Positions 61,536 through 64,000 of a stretch of 64,000 nt of DNA are shown here, piece by piece; within the stretch, counting starts at the first letter, position 1, and each line of letters opens with the position of its first letter. The notes under the pieces were generated by a model, which saw only the letters and a list, made by a program, of their open reading frames with translations, did no database searches and was not told where the DNA came from. The DNA lies in the NCBI GenBank assembly GCA_030704615.1, contig CM060734.1, positions 43,772,001 through 43,836,000 of the forward strand. Reading direction: 5' to 3'. The DNA comes from Takakia lepidozioides. Its lineage: Eukaryota > Plantae > Bryophyta. The position numbers were made by a program, and so were the translations under genes.

Positions 61536-61697
61536 AAAACTTGAAGACTTGGAAGCAAAGCAGCGGGAGAGAACAGTGAGAGAAAGTCATCGTGACAGCG
61601 ATCAGGTTAGTATAACTAAGCAACCCCATCTCCACCACAACATCGGTTTAGGGTTAGATTCTCCTTCCTCTACCTGTCAATGAAGGTGAAGGGGGAA

Positions 61698-62456
61698 TGT
61701 AGTTTGGTAAGTAGCGTCGCGAGTGAGGGGGAGATCAACTGCAGAGGATGCATTGGATACTCTGCCACGCCGACACATCAACAGATATCCAACAGACCTT
61801 TCTCTCTCTCCCAGATCATCTATACGTCTCAGCTACACATACACACCATGTACACAGGGATGAACACTAAAATAAAACCGCCCCGATTTTCAGCTACGGA
61901 CACCTTTTATTCAAGAGCCAGCATATATCACTGCTGCGTGTCGTCATCCCACAGGCGGGAGACCACGTCACTAAATTGCTGACGTTTAACTTGATCAACG
62001 GCTATGCCCATTAAGGCGTATCTTCAACGGTATGCCTAAGGTATAAACTGCATGAGCTCCCAACAGCTCTATACTCAACGAATGGCGGCTAATGAATTCA
62101 TCTGTCAGGGAGAATTGGGAGAGGGTAGAAAATGGGCCATCACAATACTACCTCCCCGGCCTCCCTCAGATAACATCTCTCTTATTGAACAATTTATGAA
62201 AAATAAATGGATGAATTTTTAGGGTTATTATGGATGAAAGTAGATTTCACTATTTGCAAGAGGAGCCACACACGTCTATTGGAGATGTCAAGGCTACTTA
62301 TAGCCGTTACACGGCACACTTTGTGAACATAAGAGGTAGGGTAGCTCAACGATAGAGCACCCCACTGAAATTGCGGAAGTCCTAAGTTCAATCCCTAGCC
62401 TAATCACGCACAAATTGATCTTTGACGACAAAGAATCAAACCGCTACACCGCTACA
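61698..62456. repeat. LTR-like segment
   Basis: TGTAG..CTACA ends, preceded by the purine tract GAAGGTGAAGGGGGAA (61682-61697); no second copy in the window. Confidence 0.45.
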
Positions 62457-64000
62457 GTTGGACTACTTACCACTTTTAGTATAATCAAAGGAAGAGAGAG
62501 AGAAGACTCCGGCCGAGACCGGCTAGTGCCACGTTGGGGGGTTGGAAAGTGATGCTACCGGATGAACAACTGCTATGCAAGCATAATATAGAAATCTCAT
62601 GAAGAATGAAATTTGGATACTTGTTGCAGATCTCCCGACACGTAGGAAGGCAAATAGATAATGGGATGGTCGTTAGATTGAAGGTTAGGTTGACAGCCAA
62701 GGGTCCTAATTAGTTTCTCATTCATACTTGTCCACCTCATATCTATGTTTGAAGCCCAAGCCCCATCTATTTTTTCCCATCTCTAAATTTTTCAGCTGTA
62801 GGATTCGTGGTGGGGACATTTGATCCCAACATTTATAGGATTGATTTAGCTCATTAAAACAATTACTTAGTACTACTTGCAATTTTGTATAAAACTTCCT
62901 AAGCATTTTTCAACCTTTTTTTTACATTAAATAGACTACTAAAACTTTATTTTTTGCTAGTACTAAACTTTGGGAAGTCTATAGAGAGGTTGCAATATTT
63001 AAATGAGAGATTTGATATGTCTTAATTACTCTTGTAAATTTGTTTGTCATTGAATAGTACCAAATTTGCTTACCCTAAATCCTAGTATGTCACCCTAAAA
63101 ATCTTTTTTGACTATTTGAAGCTCATTATTATTATTTTTTCCCATTGATTCATTTTATAGGATAGAGTGGTCTGGATTTTTGAATGACATTTTTGTAGAT
63201 CCTAAACATTATTTCATGTTTGTTTCTTATCTATACTTTAGCTTAACCCTTAACTTCCTACGCAACCCTTTCCAGGTGGCGCTCTTTAGAGGACCATCCT
63301 AACTTTTGCAGATGAACTTTTCTTACATCCATTCCTTCTGAGCATTTATAGCGCATGAGGTGGCCCACCCGCTCCAATTTATTGCATGCCATTTGGAGCA
63401 TGCATGCGACCTCCAAATTTTTCTAAAGGGACATGGGTCAAAAATTTATTGGGTGGAGGGGACTTGACTAGATACGTGGGCCCCCCTCATTGGGCCATTG
63501 AAGCATACCAGTGATGCCAAAATTGTTCGGTGCTACTCAACCTATTTGAATTTCGGTTTTCACCAAATGGATCTTGTTGAAAATTTTCCTGATGCTTATG
63601 GGCATTGTAAGACAACCCCTCACCAAAGGGATTTGGGTAATTATGGTTTTGGGGATGACATGGTTTGGAAGAAAGCTTTAGGCTTGAATGTGCTTATTAG
63701 GGATGGACATATCAACCCTCACCAAAACACATACAAAGTAGCATATGCAATAAAATGTTGGTGTGATGTGAAAATTGGCATGCACTTTGCATTTGTACTA
63801 TACATTATGAAAAATTGGGGTAGCCTTTTTGGAAAATTCAAAAAGCCCCTCAACATGCTTGGTCAAAGCAAATAAAGGTTTTTTTCAAACCTGCAAAAGA
63901 ACTTTCCGATAAAAACAATATAATCTCTCAAACTCAACGGTGAAAATTCCTAAAATTTGGGGAGATGGTGTAAAGGCTAGGTAGGCATATATGTGTACAG

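Noticed and set aside
63498-63875. 125-aa ORF in the AT-rich tail
   Set aside because: Non-ATG start, no motif and no splice or context support.
1-64000. Programmed frameshifting or RNA editing as the cause of the many broken frames
   Set aside because: Indels are scattered and often in homopolymers, and several stops fit C-to-T changes; decay plus sequencing error is simpler.

Overview
This window is a nest of eukaryotic transposons, probably from a non-seed land plant (inferred from PLS-class PPR repeats, Athila/Phygy-like Gypsy elements and spliceosomal introns). I found no intact host gene. Many frames are broken by 1-bp indels, often in homopolymers, so some lesions may be long-read consensus errors. 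Contents: (1) 1-5013, a Ty3/Gypsy element with a DNMT3-like C5 cytosine methyltransferase ahead of RT-RNaseH-integrase and a truncated PHD finger. (2) Gypsy family 'A' with a ~3.7-kb extra 3' ORF: one full-length copy (25016-38175, ATGTG TSD, protease deleted), two partial copies and one extra LTR. (3) Two inverted copies (21823-42866 and 45191-53808) of a Mutator-like DNA transposon with 9-bp TSDs. It encodes a GCM-like/DDE/SWIM transposase and, divergently, a spliced beta-class (N4C/N6A) DNA amino-methyltransferase-like gene, and it carries clustered palindromes with a GTYRAC core. (4) A non-autonomous CACTA element carrying PLS-PPR fragments. (5) An older Gypsy 'C' split into three pieces. 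Swapped TSDs, restored reading frames and an empty-site duplicate show an inversion between the two Mutator copies; a separate ~770-bp inversion splits an LTR. The best candidate for an undescribed system is the methyltransferase-carrying Mutator element, followed by the DNMT3/PHD Gypsy.
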